Shown here: one piece after another, positions 1-10,208 of the stretch
Layout: every line of letters begins with the position of its first letter
Numbering within the stretch: position 1 is the first letter of the stretch
Assembly (NCBI GenBank): GCA_963761335.1
Contig: CAVXGR010000018.1
Coordinates: forward strand, 512,001 to 576,000
DNA from: an uncultured delta proteobacterium
GTDB taxonomy: Bacteria > Desulfobacterota > Binatia > HRBIN30 > BPIQ01
Length of the DNA stretch: 64,000 nt
Reading direction: 5' to 3'
Notes under the pieces: model-generated
What the model was told of the DNA's origin: nothing
The model's input: the letters and a program-made list of their open reading frames with translations, nothing else
The model's database searches: none
Translations under genes and position numbers: made by a program

Positions 1-1864
1 CCGCCGGGCTCGTCTGCAGGTAGACGGCCTGCAGGGTGTAGTGCGGCGAGCCGTCGAAGGCGATGACGGCGATGGCGAGGTCCGCCCCCGCCGAGGAGAC
101 CACCGTGGCGAAGGTCGGATCGGTGTGTGCGTCGATGCGCACCACGTCGCGCTGGCCTTCGCCGTTCTCCGAACGGAACGGATAGTCGTCCAGGTTGTTG
201 CTGAGCGTCGAGCCGGCGTACAGATCGGCATCGCCGTCGGTGGAGCGCAGCACCACCACCACGCCCACGGCGTCTCCCTGCGAGGGCGCCAGATAGTAGT
301 CGGCGCTGGCGGGGGACTGCGGATCGGCCGGCGCAAACACCTGCTCCTGGAAGCTCCCTTCGAAGACGCACGGCGCCTCCAGGCTGCAGAGGCGCGGCGT
401 GCGGCCGATGCACGCCCCGGGAAATTCCGACACGTCGAGACAGGATTGGTCGGTGGAATCGCAGTTGCAGTTTACATCCTCGACGCAGCCGAGGCCGTCG
501 AAGGGTCCGCCGTCGCAGACGCGACCACTGGCGAAGCAGCACGGACGCGTGCCGCCATCGGAAATGCAGGCGCCACCGCCGGCTTGCGAGCCGCACTGGC
601 TGTCGCTCAGGCAGGAGAATCCCTGCAGGTCGCCGCCGTCGCAAACCGTGAACGAGGCCTGGCAGCTTCCATTGGGACAGTCGACCTGGCTCTCGCAGAA
701 GAAGAGGTCGCTGTCGCCGCCCACGCAGATCGGCTGGCTGAGCACACAGATGCCGGCGGGACAGTCGTCGTCGGTGCTGCAGGTGCCGCCGTTGTTGTTT
801 CCGCCGGAGCAGACGAGGTTCTGGACGACGGCGGCGACGCAGGCTCCCGGGTCACCTTCCGCGGGTATGCAGTCGGCGTCGTCGACACAGGGAACGGGGA
901 ACTCGACGGCACTGGGATCCTGGGCGCGCATGTCGAAGACGCCGCCGTCGCAGAACAGCCCGGTGGAGCCGCAGGTTCCGTTCGGGCACTGCCCGTCGTT
1001 CAGGCAGCCGAAGCCTTTGCTGTCCCCCGCCAGACATACCTTCTGGGTGGGCTCACAGGTGCCGCCGTTGCAGTCGGCGTTGTTGTCGCAGTCGAACCCG
1101 TCGACGCCCTCGCCGCCACCGTTGCAGACCTTGTTGGCGAGAACACAGGAGCCGCCCTCGCAGTCACCGCGCTCGATGCACGCACTGCCGTCCTGCGGGC
1201 CGCCGGAGCAGAGGAAGACGTCGGGGGACACGCAGGCGGAGCCTGCCGTGTTGTTCGGATCGCTCTCGAAGTCGATGCAGTCCTCGGTGTCGACGCACGG
1301 GTAGAGGTCGAACGACCCGCCATCCGCGGAGCTCGACACGCAAAAGAGGCCGGTGGATACGCAGCGCGCGAACCCCGGACACTGCGAGTCGTCGAGGCAC
1401 TGCAGGCCCTTGTTGTCCCCGATGCCGCAGACCTTCTGGGTCAGGGTGCAGGTGCCGCCGTTGGTGCAGTCATCGTCGGAGCCGCAGAAGATGATATCGC
1501 TGGTCATCGAGCAGACGCCCAGCGCCAAGACGCAGGCGCCGTCGGGACAGTCGACGTCAAAGCTGCACTGGAAGCCGTCGTTCTCTCCGCCGGAGCAGAG
1601 GAAGACGTCGCTCGGCTCGGGCGTCGGCGAGCCGATCGGCGTGCGGGTGGCCGTCGGGATCGGTGTGGGGCGGAAGACCGTCGGCGTGAAGCCGGGGCCG
1701 GCCTCGGCGACCATGGGCGCCAGGAGACCCGCGGGGCGCAGCTGTATGCCGGCCGCGAGGAATGCGGCCACGGCGAGGATCAGGAGCAGGGGCCGGCGGA
1801 GCCGGAGCGGAGGGGCCTTTTGAAATGGGTGGCGCGGCACAAGTTCAGCAGACGAGTCTCGCAT
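1..1864 (-). CDS. Exported Cys-rich repeat protein with PT linker and PPC-like domain, 3' end beyond window (start 1864 ATG or 1840 GTG)
   Basis: Manual translation of the minus frame antisense to ORF 41..1870; not in the track because it has no stop in the window. Hydrophobic N-terminus (RRPLLLILAVAAFLAAG), PTPIPTATRTP linker, about 3 modules of CSGGxxDGxxCxxxxDCxxGxC repeats, then STDGDADLY (PPC-like). Confidence 0.8.
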   Translation of the reverse strand, partial: MRDSSAELVPRHPFQKAPPLRLRRPLLLILAVAAFLAAGIQLRPAGLLAPMVAEAGPGFTPTVFRPTPIPTATRTPIGSPTPEPSDVFLCSGGENDGFQCSFDVDCPDGACVLALGVCSMTSDIIFCGSDDDCTNGGTCTLTQKVCGIGDNKGLQCLDDSQCPGFARCVSTGLFCVSSSADGGSFDLYPCVDTEDCIDFESDPNNTAGSACVSPDVFLCSGGPQDGSACIERGDCEGGSCVLANKVCNGGGEGVDGFDCDNNADCNGGTCEPTQKVCLAGDSKGFGCLNDGQCPNGTCGSTGLFCDGGVFDMRAQDPSAVEFPVPCVDDADCIPAEGDPGACVAAVVQNLVCSGGNNNGGTCSTDDDCPAGICVLSQPICVGGDSDLFFCESQVDCPNGSCQASFTVCDGGDLQGFSCLSDSQCGSQAGGGACISDGGTRPCCFASGRVCDGGPFDGLGCVEDVNCNCDSTDQSCLDVSEFPGACIGRTPRLCSLEAPCVFEGSFQEQVFAPADPQSPASADYYLAPSQGDAVGVVVVLRSTDGDADLYAGSTLSNNLDDYPFRSENGEGQRDVVRIDAHTDPTFATVVSSAGADLAIAVIAFDGSPHYTLQAVYLQTSPA

Positions 1865-2063
1865 CCTTAGCCGTGTTCACCGGAATGAGTCAAGGCTCGA
1901 TCGGCGGCTTTCCGACAGGCGTCGTCAGCTGCGCCGCGGGTGGCAAATGGGCTCGGCGTCGGTTAGGCTCGAAATTTGATGTCGCCATACAGCCACAATG
2001 CCGGCCGTCTGCGCGCTCGGAGGCTTGCCGCGCCGAGAGCTCGGTGGGGAGCGCCGCGGGGCC

Positions 2064-3191
2064 ATGGCTGAGGCGCCCTACCGCGTGGAGCTCGTCAAGG
2101 CGGCGGGTGGCGGCGCCGACATTCGCCTGGCCGGGCGGCTGTCCTTCCGCGAGTCCACGGCCCTGTGGAGGGAGCTCCATCGGCTGCTGCGCAACCCGGC
2201 GCCCGTGGTTCGCTTCGACGTCTCCGCGGTCGAGCAGATCGACGGCGGCGCCGCGGCGCTGCTGGTCGAGTCCAAGGCCGACGCCGAGCGCCGCGGCGCC
2301 CGCGCCGAGATCGTCGGCGCCAGCGGCCGGGTTGCCGAGATGATCGAGCTCTACGACCGCTTCGCCGGCCAGCGCCAGGCGATCCGGGTGGTGCACATCG
2401 GCATCCTCGATCAGATCGGCCGCTTTGCGACGGCCTTCGTCTTCGAGTTCCGCGACGCCTTCGCCTACATCGGCAACATGATCTGGGCGGTCGGCGCCGC
2501 CGTCCGCTCGCCGAGCACGGTGCAGTGGCGCGACGTCGCCTATCTGATGGAGCGCGCCGGCGCCGACGGGCTGCCCATCGTCCTGCTCATCAATTTTCTC
2601 GTCGGTCTGGTGATGGGTTTTCAAGCCGCGGTGCAGCTCAAGCAGGTGGGTGCCAACATCTTCGTCGCCGACCTGGTGGCCCTGTCGGTGACTCGCGAGC
2701 TCGGGCCGCTGATGACGGCCATCATCGTCGCCGGACGATCGGGAGCCGCCTTTGCCGCCGAGCTCGGCACCATGAGCGTGTCGGAAGAGGTGGATGCGCT
2801 GCGCACGCTCGGCTTCGACCCCTATCGCTTTCTGGTGATCCCGCGCATGGTGGCGCTGGTGATCGTGCTGCCGCTGCTCGCCCTGGTCGCCGACCTGGTG
2901 GGGATTCTCGGCGGCATGGTGGTCGCCATGGCCAGCCTCGATCTGACCGTCAACGCCTATCTCATCGAGACCCGCAAGGCGCTGGTGCTCTGGGACATCT
3001 TCTCGGGAGTGCTGAAGAGCGCCGTCTTCGCCATGGTGATCGTGCTCATCGCCTGTCAGCGGGGTCTCGCCACTCGCGGCGGTGCCGAGGGCGTCGGGCG
3101 CTCGACGACCTCGGCGGTGGTGACCATTCTCTTCCACCTGGTCGCCGTCGATGCCCTGTTCACCGTGCTCTTCCACCTGTACGGCGTGTGA
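2064..3191 (+). CDS. mlaE: MlaE-family ABC permease with N-terminal STAS-like domain
   Basis: RELGPLMTAIIVAGRSGAAFAAELGTM..EEVDAL and GGAEGVGRSTTSAVV motifs; first gene of a four-gene operon. Confidence 0.9.
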   Translation: MAEAPYRVELVKAAGGGADIRLAGRLSFRESTALWRELHRLLRNPAPVVRFDVSAVEQIDGGAAALLVESKADAERRGARAEIVGASGRVAEMIELYDRFAGQRQAIRVVHIGILDQIGRFATAFVFEFRDAFAYIGNMIWAVGAAVRSPSTVQWRDVAYLMERAGADGLPIVLLINFLVGLVMGFQAAVQLKQVGANIFVADLVALSVTRELGPLMTAIIVAGRSGAAFAAELGTMSVSEEVDALRTLGFDPYRFLVIPRMVALVIVLPLLALVADLVGILGGMVVAMASLDLTVNAYLIETRKALVLWDIFSGVLKSAVFAMVIVLIACQRGLATRGGAEGVGRSTTSAVVTILFHLVAVDALFTVLFHLYGV

Positions 3192-3194
3192 CCG

Positions 3195-3929
3195 ATGGCG
3201 ATGATCGAGGTGAGCGATCTCAGCGTCGGCTACGGCGGCGAGCCCCTGCTGGAAAACATGAGCTTCGAGGTGCCGCCCGGGGATATCTTCGTCGTTCTCG
3301 GCGGCAGCGGCTGCGGCAAGTCGACACTCCTCAGGCACCTGATCGGACTGGAGCGGCCGATCAGCGGCGCGATCCGCATCGAGGGCGTCGGCGAGCCCGC
3401 CCTCGAGTCCGGGCCGCCGCGCTTCGGTGTGCTCTTTCAGTCCGGGGCCCTCTTCGGCTCGATGACGCTCGGACAGAACGTGGCGCTGGCGCTGGAGAAG
3501 TGGACGGACCTGCCGCAGGATGCCATCGAGGCGATCGTCTGCGCCAAGCTGCGCCTGGTGGGGTTGGACGGCTTCGAGAACCATCTTCCCGCGGAGATCT
3601 CGGGAGGCATGAAGAAGCGCGCCGGCATCGCCCGCGCCCTGGCGCTGGAGACGCCGCTGCTGTTTCTCGACGAGCCCTCGGCCGGCCTCGACCCGATCAG
3701 CTCCGTCGAGCTCGACGAGCTGATCTTGACGCTGAACGCCAGCCTGGGCATGACCACCGTCATCGTCACTCATGAGCTGCAGAGCATCTTCAAGATCGCC
3801 AAGAACTGCATCATGCTCGACAAGCAGGCCAAGGGGATCATCGCCCGCGGCGATCCGCGCGATCTGCGCGATCACAGCACCGATCCCCGCGTCGTGAACT
3901 TCTTCAACCGCAGGTCACCGGAGTCCTGA
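3195..3929 (+). CDS. mlaF: MlaF-family ABC ATPase
   Basis: Walker A GGSGCGKST, ISGGMKKR signature, FLDEPSAGLDP. Confidence 0.92.
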   Translation: MAMIEVSDLSVGYGGEPLLENMSFEVPPGDIFVVLGGSGCGKSTLLRHLIGLERPISGAIRIEGVGEPALESGPPRFGVLFQSGALFGSMTLGQNVALALEKWTDLPQDAIEAIVCAKLRLVGLDGFENHLPAEISGGMKKRAGIARALALETPLLFLDEPSAGLDPISSVELDELILTLNASLGMTTVIVTHELQSIFKIAKNCIMLDKQAKGIIARGDPRDLRDHSTDPRVVNFFNRRSPES

Positions 3930-3930
3930 G

Positions 3931-4887
3931 TTGGCCGCCACCGGGACCAATCGCTGGAAGCTCGGCCTCTTCGTCGTTCTCGGCGTCGCCGTCGCCCTCG
4001 GGGCGCTCATCTGGCTCGGCAACGCCCAGTTCGGACGCGAGACCTTCAGCGCGGTGACCTACTTCGACGAGTCGGTTCAGGGCCTGGACGTCGGCTCGCC
4101 GGTGAAGTTTCGCGGCGTCACCATCGGCTCGGTCACCGACATCGAGATCGCCCCGGACGGTCGCCACGTGGAGGTCACCATGGAGATCGAGAAGCCGGTT
4201 CTGCCGAAGCTGGGGATCGCCGACGTGTACACGGCGCAGGCCCAGGGCCGGGACTTCGTCCCTCCCGGACTGCGGGTGCAGCTGGTGACCGCCGGCATCA
4301 CCGGCGTCAAGTTCCTGCAGGTGGACTTCTTCGATCCCAAGAAGTACCCCGCTCCGGAGCTGCCGTTTCCGGTCCCGCCGAGCTACTTCCCGTCGGCGCC
4401 GTCGACGCTGAAGAGCCTGGAAGAGTCAGTGATGGAGACCCTCGAGAAGCTCCCGGAGCTGAGCGACACGGCGACTCGCATGCTCGCCGAGGCGCAGGTG
4501 ACCCTGATGTCGCTGCGCGAGGTCATCGAGACCCTCGGGGCCTCGAACGGCCCGCTGGTGAGTGTCCTCCACAGCGTCGAGCAGTCGTCCGCCAACCTGA
4601 GCCAGGCAGTCGAAAACGCGCGTCTCGGTGAGACCACCAAGTCGGTTCGCGAAGCCGCCTCGTCGGTGGGCTCGGCGGCGCAGACGATGAACGGCGCCGC
4701 CAAGGACATCCGCGGTCTGACCGACGAGCTTCAGGAGGATCTGGTGACCCTGCGCCGCACGCTCGACGCGGCGCGCTCCCTGGTCGATCTGCTCGAGCGC
4801 GACCCGGCGGCGCTGCTGCGCGGCCGCAGCCACAGCGCGCCGCCGCCACCGGCGCCGGCGGCGCCTGCGGAGAGCAAGCATGACTGA
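3931..4887 (+). CDS. mlaD: MlaD/MCE-domain protein
   Basis: N-terminal TM, SVQGLDVGSPVKFRGVTIGSV MCE motif, helical C-terminus. Confidence 0.9.
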   Translation: MAATGTNRWKLGLFVVLGVAVALGALIWLGNAQFGRETFSAVTYFDESVQGLDVGSPVKFRGVTIGSVTDIEIAPDGRHVEVTMEIEKPVLPKLGIADVYTAQAQGRDFVPPGLRVQLVTAGITGVKFLQVDFFDPKKYPAPELPFPVPPSYFPSAPSTLKSLEESVMETLEKLPELSDTATRMLAEAQVTLMSLREVIETLGASNGPLVSVLHSVEQSSANLSQAVENARLGETTKSVREAASSVGSAAQTMNGAAKDIRGLTDELQEDLVTLRRTLDAARSLVDLLERDPAALLRGRSHSAPPPPAPAAPAESKHD

Positions 4888-5539
4888 GCGCCTCGCCTGC
4901 GGCGGGCGGTGCCGGCCGGGCCGCGGCGCTCTCGGGGTGGTCGCCGCGGTGGCGGCACTGCTCGTCGGCTGTACGGTGCTGCCCCAGAACAGCTACCAGC
5001 CGCCGCGCTATTTCCGGCCCGAGCTACCGGGGCTGCCGGCGGCGGAGACCCCGCCCGGGGAGTCGGCACTGCCGCTGTACCTGCGGCCGGTGACCGCGGC
5101 CGGTCACCTGCGCGAGCGCATCGTGTGGCGCACCTCCGACGTGGAGATGGGCTTCTACGATCTGCGCCGCTGGACCGATCTGCCGGCGGAGTACGTTGAA
5201 GGGGCCCTCGAGGGCTCGCTCTTCGAGAGCGGCCGGATGCGGCGCGTCGCCGGCGGCCACGGGCCGTCTCTCGACGTCGAGGTGCGCGCCTTCGACGAGG
5301 TGCTGCGGCCCGTCCACGAGGTGCGCATCTCCCTGTACGCCCAGCTTCGCGACCCGAACCACAACTCGCTCATGGAGCGCGCCTTCAGGGTCGAGCGCCC
5401 GGTTCATGGTGATGACCCCACCGAGATGGCCCGCACCATGGGAGAGGCGCTGCAGCAGATCTCCGAGGACGTGGCGCAGGCTGTTGTCGGCGTGCTGAAG
5501 CGGACCGGTGCGGGGGGAGGGCGAGGCCCGGGACGGTGA
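4880..5539 (+). CDS. ABC transport auxiliary lipoprotein (PqiC-like)
   Basis: Lipobox LLVGC, RWTDLP motif, position after MCE gene. Confidence 0.8.
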   Translation: MTERLACGGRCRPGRGALGVVAAVAALLVGCTVLPQNSYQPPRYFRPELPGLPAAETPPGESALPLYLRPVTAAGHLRERIVWRTSDVEMGFYDLRRWTDLPAEYVEGALEGSLFESGRMRRVAGGHGPSLDVEVRAFDEVLRPVHEVRISLYAQLRDPNHNSLMERAFRVERPVHGDDPTEMARTMGEALQQISEDVAQAVVGVLKRTGAGGGRGPGR

Positions 5540-5574
5540 GCCTACCGAGGAGCCTCTGCGAGGAGCCTCCATCT

Positions 5575-5712
5575 TCCATTCTCATCCCCGGTTCTCATCC
5601 CGTCGTCTTCCATTTGTCCTGCAAGCCGCGGTGAAACTGATCGGCGGCGGCTTCCTCGCGGCTGTCAGAGCCAATGGAAAACGACGGGATGAGAACCGGG
5701 GATGAGAATGGA
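5575..5712. repeat. 40-bp inverted repeat element between convergent genes
   Basis: Arms TCCATTCTCATCCCCGGTTCTCATCCCGTCGTCTTCCATT (5575-5614) and its near-perfect reverse complement (5673-5712); related copy at 40420-40546. Confidence 0.85.
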
Positions 5713-5745
5713 GAACGGAGGGGATTTCTCGGGTTGCCTGCCCCC

Positions 5746-6645
5746 TCAGGCCTTCGTCCGGCTCTCCCGCAGCGCCGCGAAATCCCGGTCGGCGTGGTAC
5801 GACGAGCGCGTCAGCGGCGACGACGAGACCATCAGGAAGCCCATGCGCCGGGCGGTGTCGGCGTACTCGGCGAACTCCTGCGGCGGTACGAAGCGCGCCA
5901 CCGGGGCGTGCTCCGGCGTCGGTCGCAGGTACTGCCCGATGGTGACGAAGTCGACGCCGGCGGCGCGCAGCTCACCGAGCACTTGCAGCACCTCGTTGTG
6001 CTCTTCGCCGAGCCCGAGCATCATCCCCGACTTGGTGAAGACGGCGGCGTCGAGCTTCTTGACGCTCTCCAGCAGGCGCAGGGAGTGAAAGTAGCGGGCG
6101 CCACGACGCACCGCGGCGTAGAGGCGCGGCACCGTCTCGATGTTGTGGTTGTAGACGTCGGGCTGCGCTGCGACCACCGCCTCGGTCGCCCCGATCTTGC
6201 GCAGGAAGTCCGGGGTCAGCACCTCGATCGTCGTCTGCGGCGACCTGGCGCGAACGCTCTCGATACAGCGGACGAACTGTCCGGCGCCGCCGTCCCTCAG
6301 GTCGTCGCGATCCACGGAGGTGATGACCACGTGGCGCAGCCCGAGAGCGGCGACGGCCTCGGCGACGTGCTCGGGCTCGTGCCTATCGACAGGCTGTGGC
6401 CGGCCGGTGGCCACATTGCAGAAGGCGCAGGCGCGCGTGCAGACGCTGCCGAGGATCATCACCGTGGCATGGTGCTGCGACCAGCACTCGCCGATGTTGG
6501 GGCAGGCCGCTTCCTCGCAGACGGTGTTGAGCTGCAGGCGCCGCATGAGCTGCCGGGTCTCGCCGAACACCGGTGAGCTGGGCAGGCGGACCTTCAGCCA
6601 GGGCGGCTTGCGCGCCGGTGCCGTGCTGGTGGTGCGGTCGTCCAT
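5746..6645 (-). CDS. lipA: Lipoyl synthase
   Basis: [12 protein letters not shown] and CTRACAFC clusters, RSSYHA C-terminal motif. Confidence 0.97.
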   Translation of the reverse strand: MDDRTTSTAPARKPPWLKVRLPSSPVFGETRQLMRRLQLNTVCEEAACPNIGECWSQHHATVMILGSVCTRACAFCNVATGRPQPVDRHEPEHVAEAVAALGLRHVVITSVDRDDLRDGGAGQFVRCIESVRARSPQTTIEVLTPDFLRKIGATEAVVAAQPDVYNHNIETVPRLYAAVRRGARYFHSLRLLESVKKLDAAVFTKSGMMLGLGEEHNEVLQVLGELRAAGVDFVTIGQYLRPTPEHAPVARFVPPQEFAEYADTARRMGFLMVSSSPLTRSSYHADRDFAALRESRTKA

Positions 6646-6651
6646 CGGCGG

Positions 6652-8055
6652 CTAGATGTGCAGTGCCCGGCCGTAGGCGTCGAGCACGGACTCGTGCATC
6701 ATCTCCGACAGGGTCGGGTGCGGGAAGATGGCCTCCATGAGCTCGGCCTCGGTGGTCTCCAGCGTCTTGGCAATGGCGAAGCCCTGGATCATCTCGGTGG
6801 CTTCCGCGCCGATCATGTGGGCGCCCAGCAGCTCACCGGTCTTGGCGTCGAAGACCGTCTTGACGAACCCTTCGGTATCGCCGAGCGCGATCGCCTTGCC
6901 GTTGGCGGAGTAGGGGAAGCGGCCGGTGTTGACCGCATAGCCGCGCTCGCGCGCCACCTGCTCGGTGAGCCCGATGCTGGCGACCTGTGGCTCACAGTAG
7001 GTGCAGGCGGGGATCCGCGTGGTGTCCATCGGGTGCACGCCCGCCACGCCGGCGATCCTCTCGACGCAGATCACTCCTTCGTGGCTCGCCTTGTGCGCCA
7101 GCCACGGCGGCCCGACGACGTCGCCGATGGCGTACACTCCGGGCTCGCCGGTCTCCAGCCACTGGTTGACGACGATGTGCGTCTTCTCGACCTGCACCGC
7201 GGTCCCCTCGATGCCGATGCCCTCAACGTTGCCGACGATGCCGACCGCGAGAATGACGCGCTCCGCCCCGATGGTAGAGGTCTCGCCGCCGCCCAGATCG
7301 ACGACCGCGGTGGCGCCTTCGCTCTCCCGGCGCAACGACTGAACAGCGGCGCCGGTGTGAATGGTCATTCCCTGCTTTTCGAAGGAGCGGCGCGCCGCCG
7401 CGGAGATCTCCTCGTCTTCCAGGGGGAGGATGCGGGGCAGCATCTCGACGACGGTCACCTCGGCGCCGAGATTGCGGTAGAAGCTGGCGAACTCGATGCC
7501 GATGGCGCCGGAGCCGATCACCAGCACCGAGCCCGGCATCGATGGCGGAACCATGGCCTCCTTGTAGGTCCACACCACCTCGCCGTCGGCCTCGATTCCC
7601 GGCAGAGTGCGGGCGCGGGCGCCGGTGGCCAGGATGATGTGCGTTGCCTGCAGATCGGCGACCGCGGCGCCGTCCTTGTCGACGTGCACCTTGCCGCGCC
7701 CGTCGAGGCGCCCGTGGCCGTCGAAGACGGTCACCTTGTTCTTCTTCATCAGGTGCCCGACGCCGCGTTGCAGGCGCTTGGCCACCTCGCGCGAGCGCTT
7801 GACGATCTTGCCGATGTCGAACTGGATGTCCTTGGCACTGAAGCCGAAGTCGTCGAGGCGGTGCAGGAGGTGGTTGATCTCGGAGGTGCGCAGCAGCGCC
7901 TTGGTGGGAATGCATCCCCAGTTGAGACAGATGCCACCCAGATGCGCGCCTTCAACCAGCGCCGTGCGCATGCCGAGCTGACTGGCGCGAATGGCGGCGA
8001 CGTAGCCGCCGGGCCCACCGCCGATGACGATCAGATCGAAGGAGGAATTCGCCAT
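6652..8055 (-). CDS. lpdA: Dihydrolipoamide dehydrogenase
   Basis: GGGPGG, GGICLNWGCIPTK, GSGAIG, HPTLSE motifs. Confidence 0.97.
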   Translation of the reverse strand: MANSSFDLIVIGGGPGGYVAAIRASQLGMRTALVEGAHLGGICLNWGCIPTKALLRTSEINHLLHRLDDFGFSAKDIQFDIGKIVKRSREVAKRLQRGVGHLMKKNKVTVFDGHGRLDGRGKVHVDKDGAAVADLQATHIILATGARARTLPGIEADGEVVWTYKEAMVPPSMPGSVLVIGSGAIGIEFASFYRNLGAEVTVVEMLPRILPLEDEEISAAARRSFEKQGMTIHTGAAVQSLRRESEGATAVVDLGGGETSTIGAERVILAVGIVGNVEGIGIEGTAVQVEKTHIVVNQWLETGEPGVYAIGDVVGPPWLAHKASHEGVICVERIAGVAGVHPMDTTRIPACTYCEPQVASIGLTEQVARERGYAVNTGRFPYSANGKAIALGDTEGFVKTVFDAKTGELLGAHMIGAEATEMIQGFAIAKTLETTEAELMEAIFPHPTLSEMMHESVLDAYGRALHI

Positions 8056-8090
8056 GATCCATCTGTAACCGACCCCCGCCGTGGAGGGAA

Positions 8091-8177
8091 GGATGGGGAC
8101 AGGCTACTTTTTCCTGTTTCCTGCCGCGACGACTGTTCTCGGCTGCGGCGGGCGGGAAAAGTGGCCTGTCCCCATCC
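8091..8177. repeat. GGGGACAGGC-type palindromic intergenic repeat
   Basis: GGATGGGGACAGGCTACTTTT...AAAAGTGGCCTGTCCCCATCC inverted pair; same family at 21487-21647. Confidence 0.75.
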
Positions 8178-8187
8178 GCCTTCCGAA

Positions 8188-8216
8188 TTGACTTCCCCCG
8201 CCGGCCTTCGTACGAT
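8188..8216 (+). promoter_or_regulatory. sigma70-type promoter of glyA
   Basis: TTGACT-17 bp-TACGAT; predicted transcription start coincides with the riboswitch 5' end. Confidence 0.8.
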
Positions 8217-8221
8217 CCCTT

Positions 8222-8293
8222 GGTCGCGACTGGCGTTCGGGTGGAATCGACCACCGGGGAGCGACGAAACAGCTCACACCGCGCGCCTGGGTG
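8222..8293 (+). ncRNA. ZMP/ZTP (pfl) riboswitch
   Basis: GGTCGCGACTGGCG..GGTGG..CCACCGGGGAGCGAC..CACCGCGCGCCTGGGTG matches the ZTP consensus including the TGGCG/CGCC pseudoknot; lies upstream of glyA. Confidence 0.92.
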
Positions 8294-8336
8294 CCGGACG
8301 ATCAGTTCGGTTTTCGAATGAGGAGGGGCACCCATC

Positions 8337-9839
8337 ATGTCCGATTCGCTGCTGGATCGCTATCTCGAGAAGCGCGTTCCCGGTTACTCCGGCGCCAAGC
8401 TCTCCGCGGAGACGGTCGCCTTTGCGGCGGCGCTCGACACCGTCGGTCGCGTCGCTCCGGACGTGGTCGAATCGATCCTCGCCGAGCTGGCGGATCAGCG
8501 CTCCAAGCTGAAGCTCATCGCCAGTGAGAACTTCGCCTCGCCTGCGGTGCTGCTCGCCATGGGCAACTGGCTGAGCGACAAGTACAGCGAAGGTGCCCCG
8601 GGGCACCGCTTCTACGCCGGCTGCGAGAACGTCGACACCATCGAGTCGCGCGCCGTCGATCTGGCGCGGCGGCTGTTCGGCGCCGACCACGCCTACGTGC
8701 AGCCGCACAGCGGCATCGACGCCAATCTGGTCGCCTTCTGGAGCGTCCTCTCCACCCGCGTCGAGGCGCCGGTGCTCGCCCGCCTCAACGCCGCCGCGGT
8801 GACCGAGCTCTCGGCGTCGGACTGGGAGACTCTGCGCCAGGAGCTGGGCAACCAGAAGATGATGGGGATGGCACTCGACGCCGGCGGCCATCTGACTCAC
8901 GGCTTCCGGCCCAACGTCTCCGGCAAGCTCTTTCGTTACTGCTCCTACACCGTCAACCCGGAGACCTGCCTGCTGGATTACGACGAGGTACGGCGGCGTG
9001 CGGTCGAGGAGAAGCCCCTGCTGATCATCGCCGGCTACAGCTCGTACCCGCGCAAGATCAACTTCCGCATCTTCCGCGAGATCGCCGACGAGGTGGGGGC
9101 GACGCTGATGGTCGACATGGCGCACTTCGCCGGTCTGGTGGCCGGCAAGGTGTTCACCGATGACTTCGACCCGGTGGGCCATGCCCACATCGTCACCACC
9201 ACCACGCACAAGACGCTGCGCGGCCCGCGTGGCGGCATGGTGCTCTGTCAGAAGGACTTCGCCGAGGCGGTCGATCGGGGCTGCCCGCTGGTGCTCGGCG
9301 GACCGCTCGAGCACGTCATCGCCGCCAAGGCGGTGGCTCTCGTCGAGGCCTCGAGGCCGAGCTTCCGCGACTACGCTCTGCGGGTCACGGAAAACGCTGC
9401 GGCACTGGCCGCGGCGCTGATGGAGAAGGGCGTGGCGGTGGTCACCGGGGGAACGGAGAACCACCTCATGCTTCTCGATATGCGCCCCTTCGGGCTCACC
9501 GGGCGGCAGGCGGAGAGCGCCCTGCGCTCGGCGGGGGTGACGCTCAACCGCAACGTCATTCCCAACGATCCCAACGGCGCCTGGTACACCAGCGGCCTGC
9601 GCCTGGGCACGCCGGCGATGACCACGCTCGGCATGGGCGCCGACGAGATGAAGGAGATCGCCGCCGTCGTCCAGTCGGTGCTCGCCGCCACCGTTCCCGA
9701 GACGATCACCAGTGGCACCAACGCCGGCAAGCCCTCCAAGGCCAACTTCCGCCTCGATGAGAAGGTGCGCGAAGCCGCCGCAGAGCGGGCGCGGGATCTG
9801 CTGCAGCGGTTTCCGCTGTATCCGGAAATCGAGCTTTGA
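8337..9839 (+). CDS. glyA: Serine hydroxymethyltransferase (long type)
   Basis: [28 protein letters not shown] motif; RBS GAGGAGG. Confidence 0.96.
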   Translation: MSDSLLDRYLEKRVPGYSGAKLSAETVAFAAALDTVGRVAPDVVESILAELADQRSKLKLIASENFASPAVLLAMGNWLSDKYSEGAPGHRFYAGCENVDTIESRAVDLARRLFGADHAYVQPHSGIDANLVAFWSVLSTRVEAPVLARLNAAAVTELSASDWETLRQELGNQKMMGMALDAGGHLTHGFRPNVSGKLFRYCSYTVNPETCLLDYDEVRRRAVEEKPLLIIAGYSSYPRKINFRIFREIADEVGATLMVDMAHFAGLVAGKVFTDDFDPVGHAHIVTTTTHKTLRGPRGGMVLCQKDFAEAVDRGCPLVLGGPLEHVIAAKAVALVEASRPSFRDYALRVTENAAALAAALMEKGVAVVTGGTENHLMLLDMRPFGLTGRQAESALRSAGVTLNRNVIPNDPNGAWYTSGLRLGTPAMTTLGMGADEMKEIAAVVQSVLAATVPETITSGTNAGKPSKANFRLDEKVREAAAERARDLLQRFPLYPEIEL

Positions 9840-9850
9840 AGATGTTGCGC

Positions 9851-9931
9851 GGTGGCTCGGTGCATCAGTATCTCGGTATCTCAGTGGCTCTGAGCCACCG
9901 AGTCACTGAGCCACCGAGTCACCGAGTCACT
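9851..9931. repeat. Inverted array of degenerate octamers (GAGYCACY)
   Basis: About 5 octamers in one orientation then about 5 in the other, between convergent glyA and bolA. Confidence 0.7.
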
Positions 9932-10208
9932 CCCACTCCTCTGGCGCCAGCGCTTTGATCGCCAGGGCGTGAATGTCGGCTTGCAGGAGCGCGCCGAGGG
10001 CGGCGTAGACGGCCTGATGGCGGGCGATGCGGCTCTGTCCGCGAAAGCCGTCGGCGACGATGAGGACGCGGAAATGGCCGCCGCCGGCGGCGGCGCCGGC
10101 ATGGCCGCGGTGCTTGTGGCTCTCGTCCTCGATCTCCAGGTGGCGCGGCGCGAAGTGCTCGCGCAGGATCGACTCGATCCGTTGCTGGCGCTCGCTCACG
10201 CCGTTCAC
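9927..10208 (-). CDS. bolA: BolA family protein
   Basis: EDESHKHRGH..GGHFRVLIV..F.G.SRIARHQAVY..IHALAI; GTG overlaps upstream TGA (alternative start 10199). Confidence 0.9.
   Translation of the reverse strand: MNGVSERQQRIESILREHFAPRHLEIEDESHKHRGHAGAAAGGGHFRVLIVADGFRGQSRIARHQAVYAALGALLQADIHALAIKALAPEEWE

Noticed and set aside
41..1870. 609-aa plus-strand ORF
   Set aside because: Exact antisense shadow of the Cys-rich minus-strand gene, with no motifs of its own.
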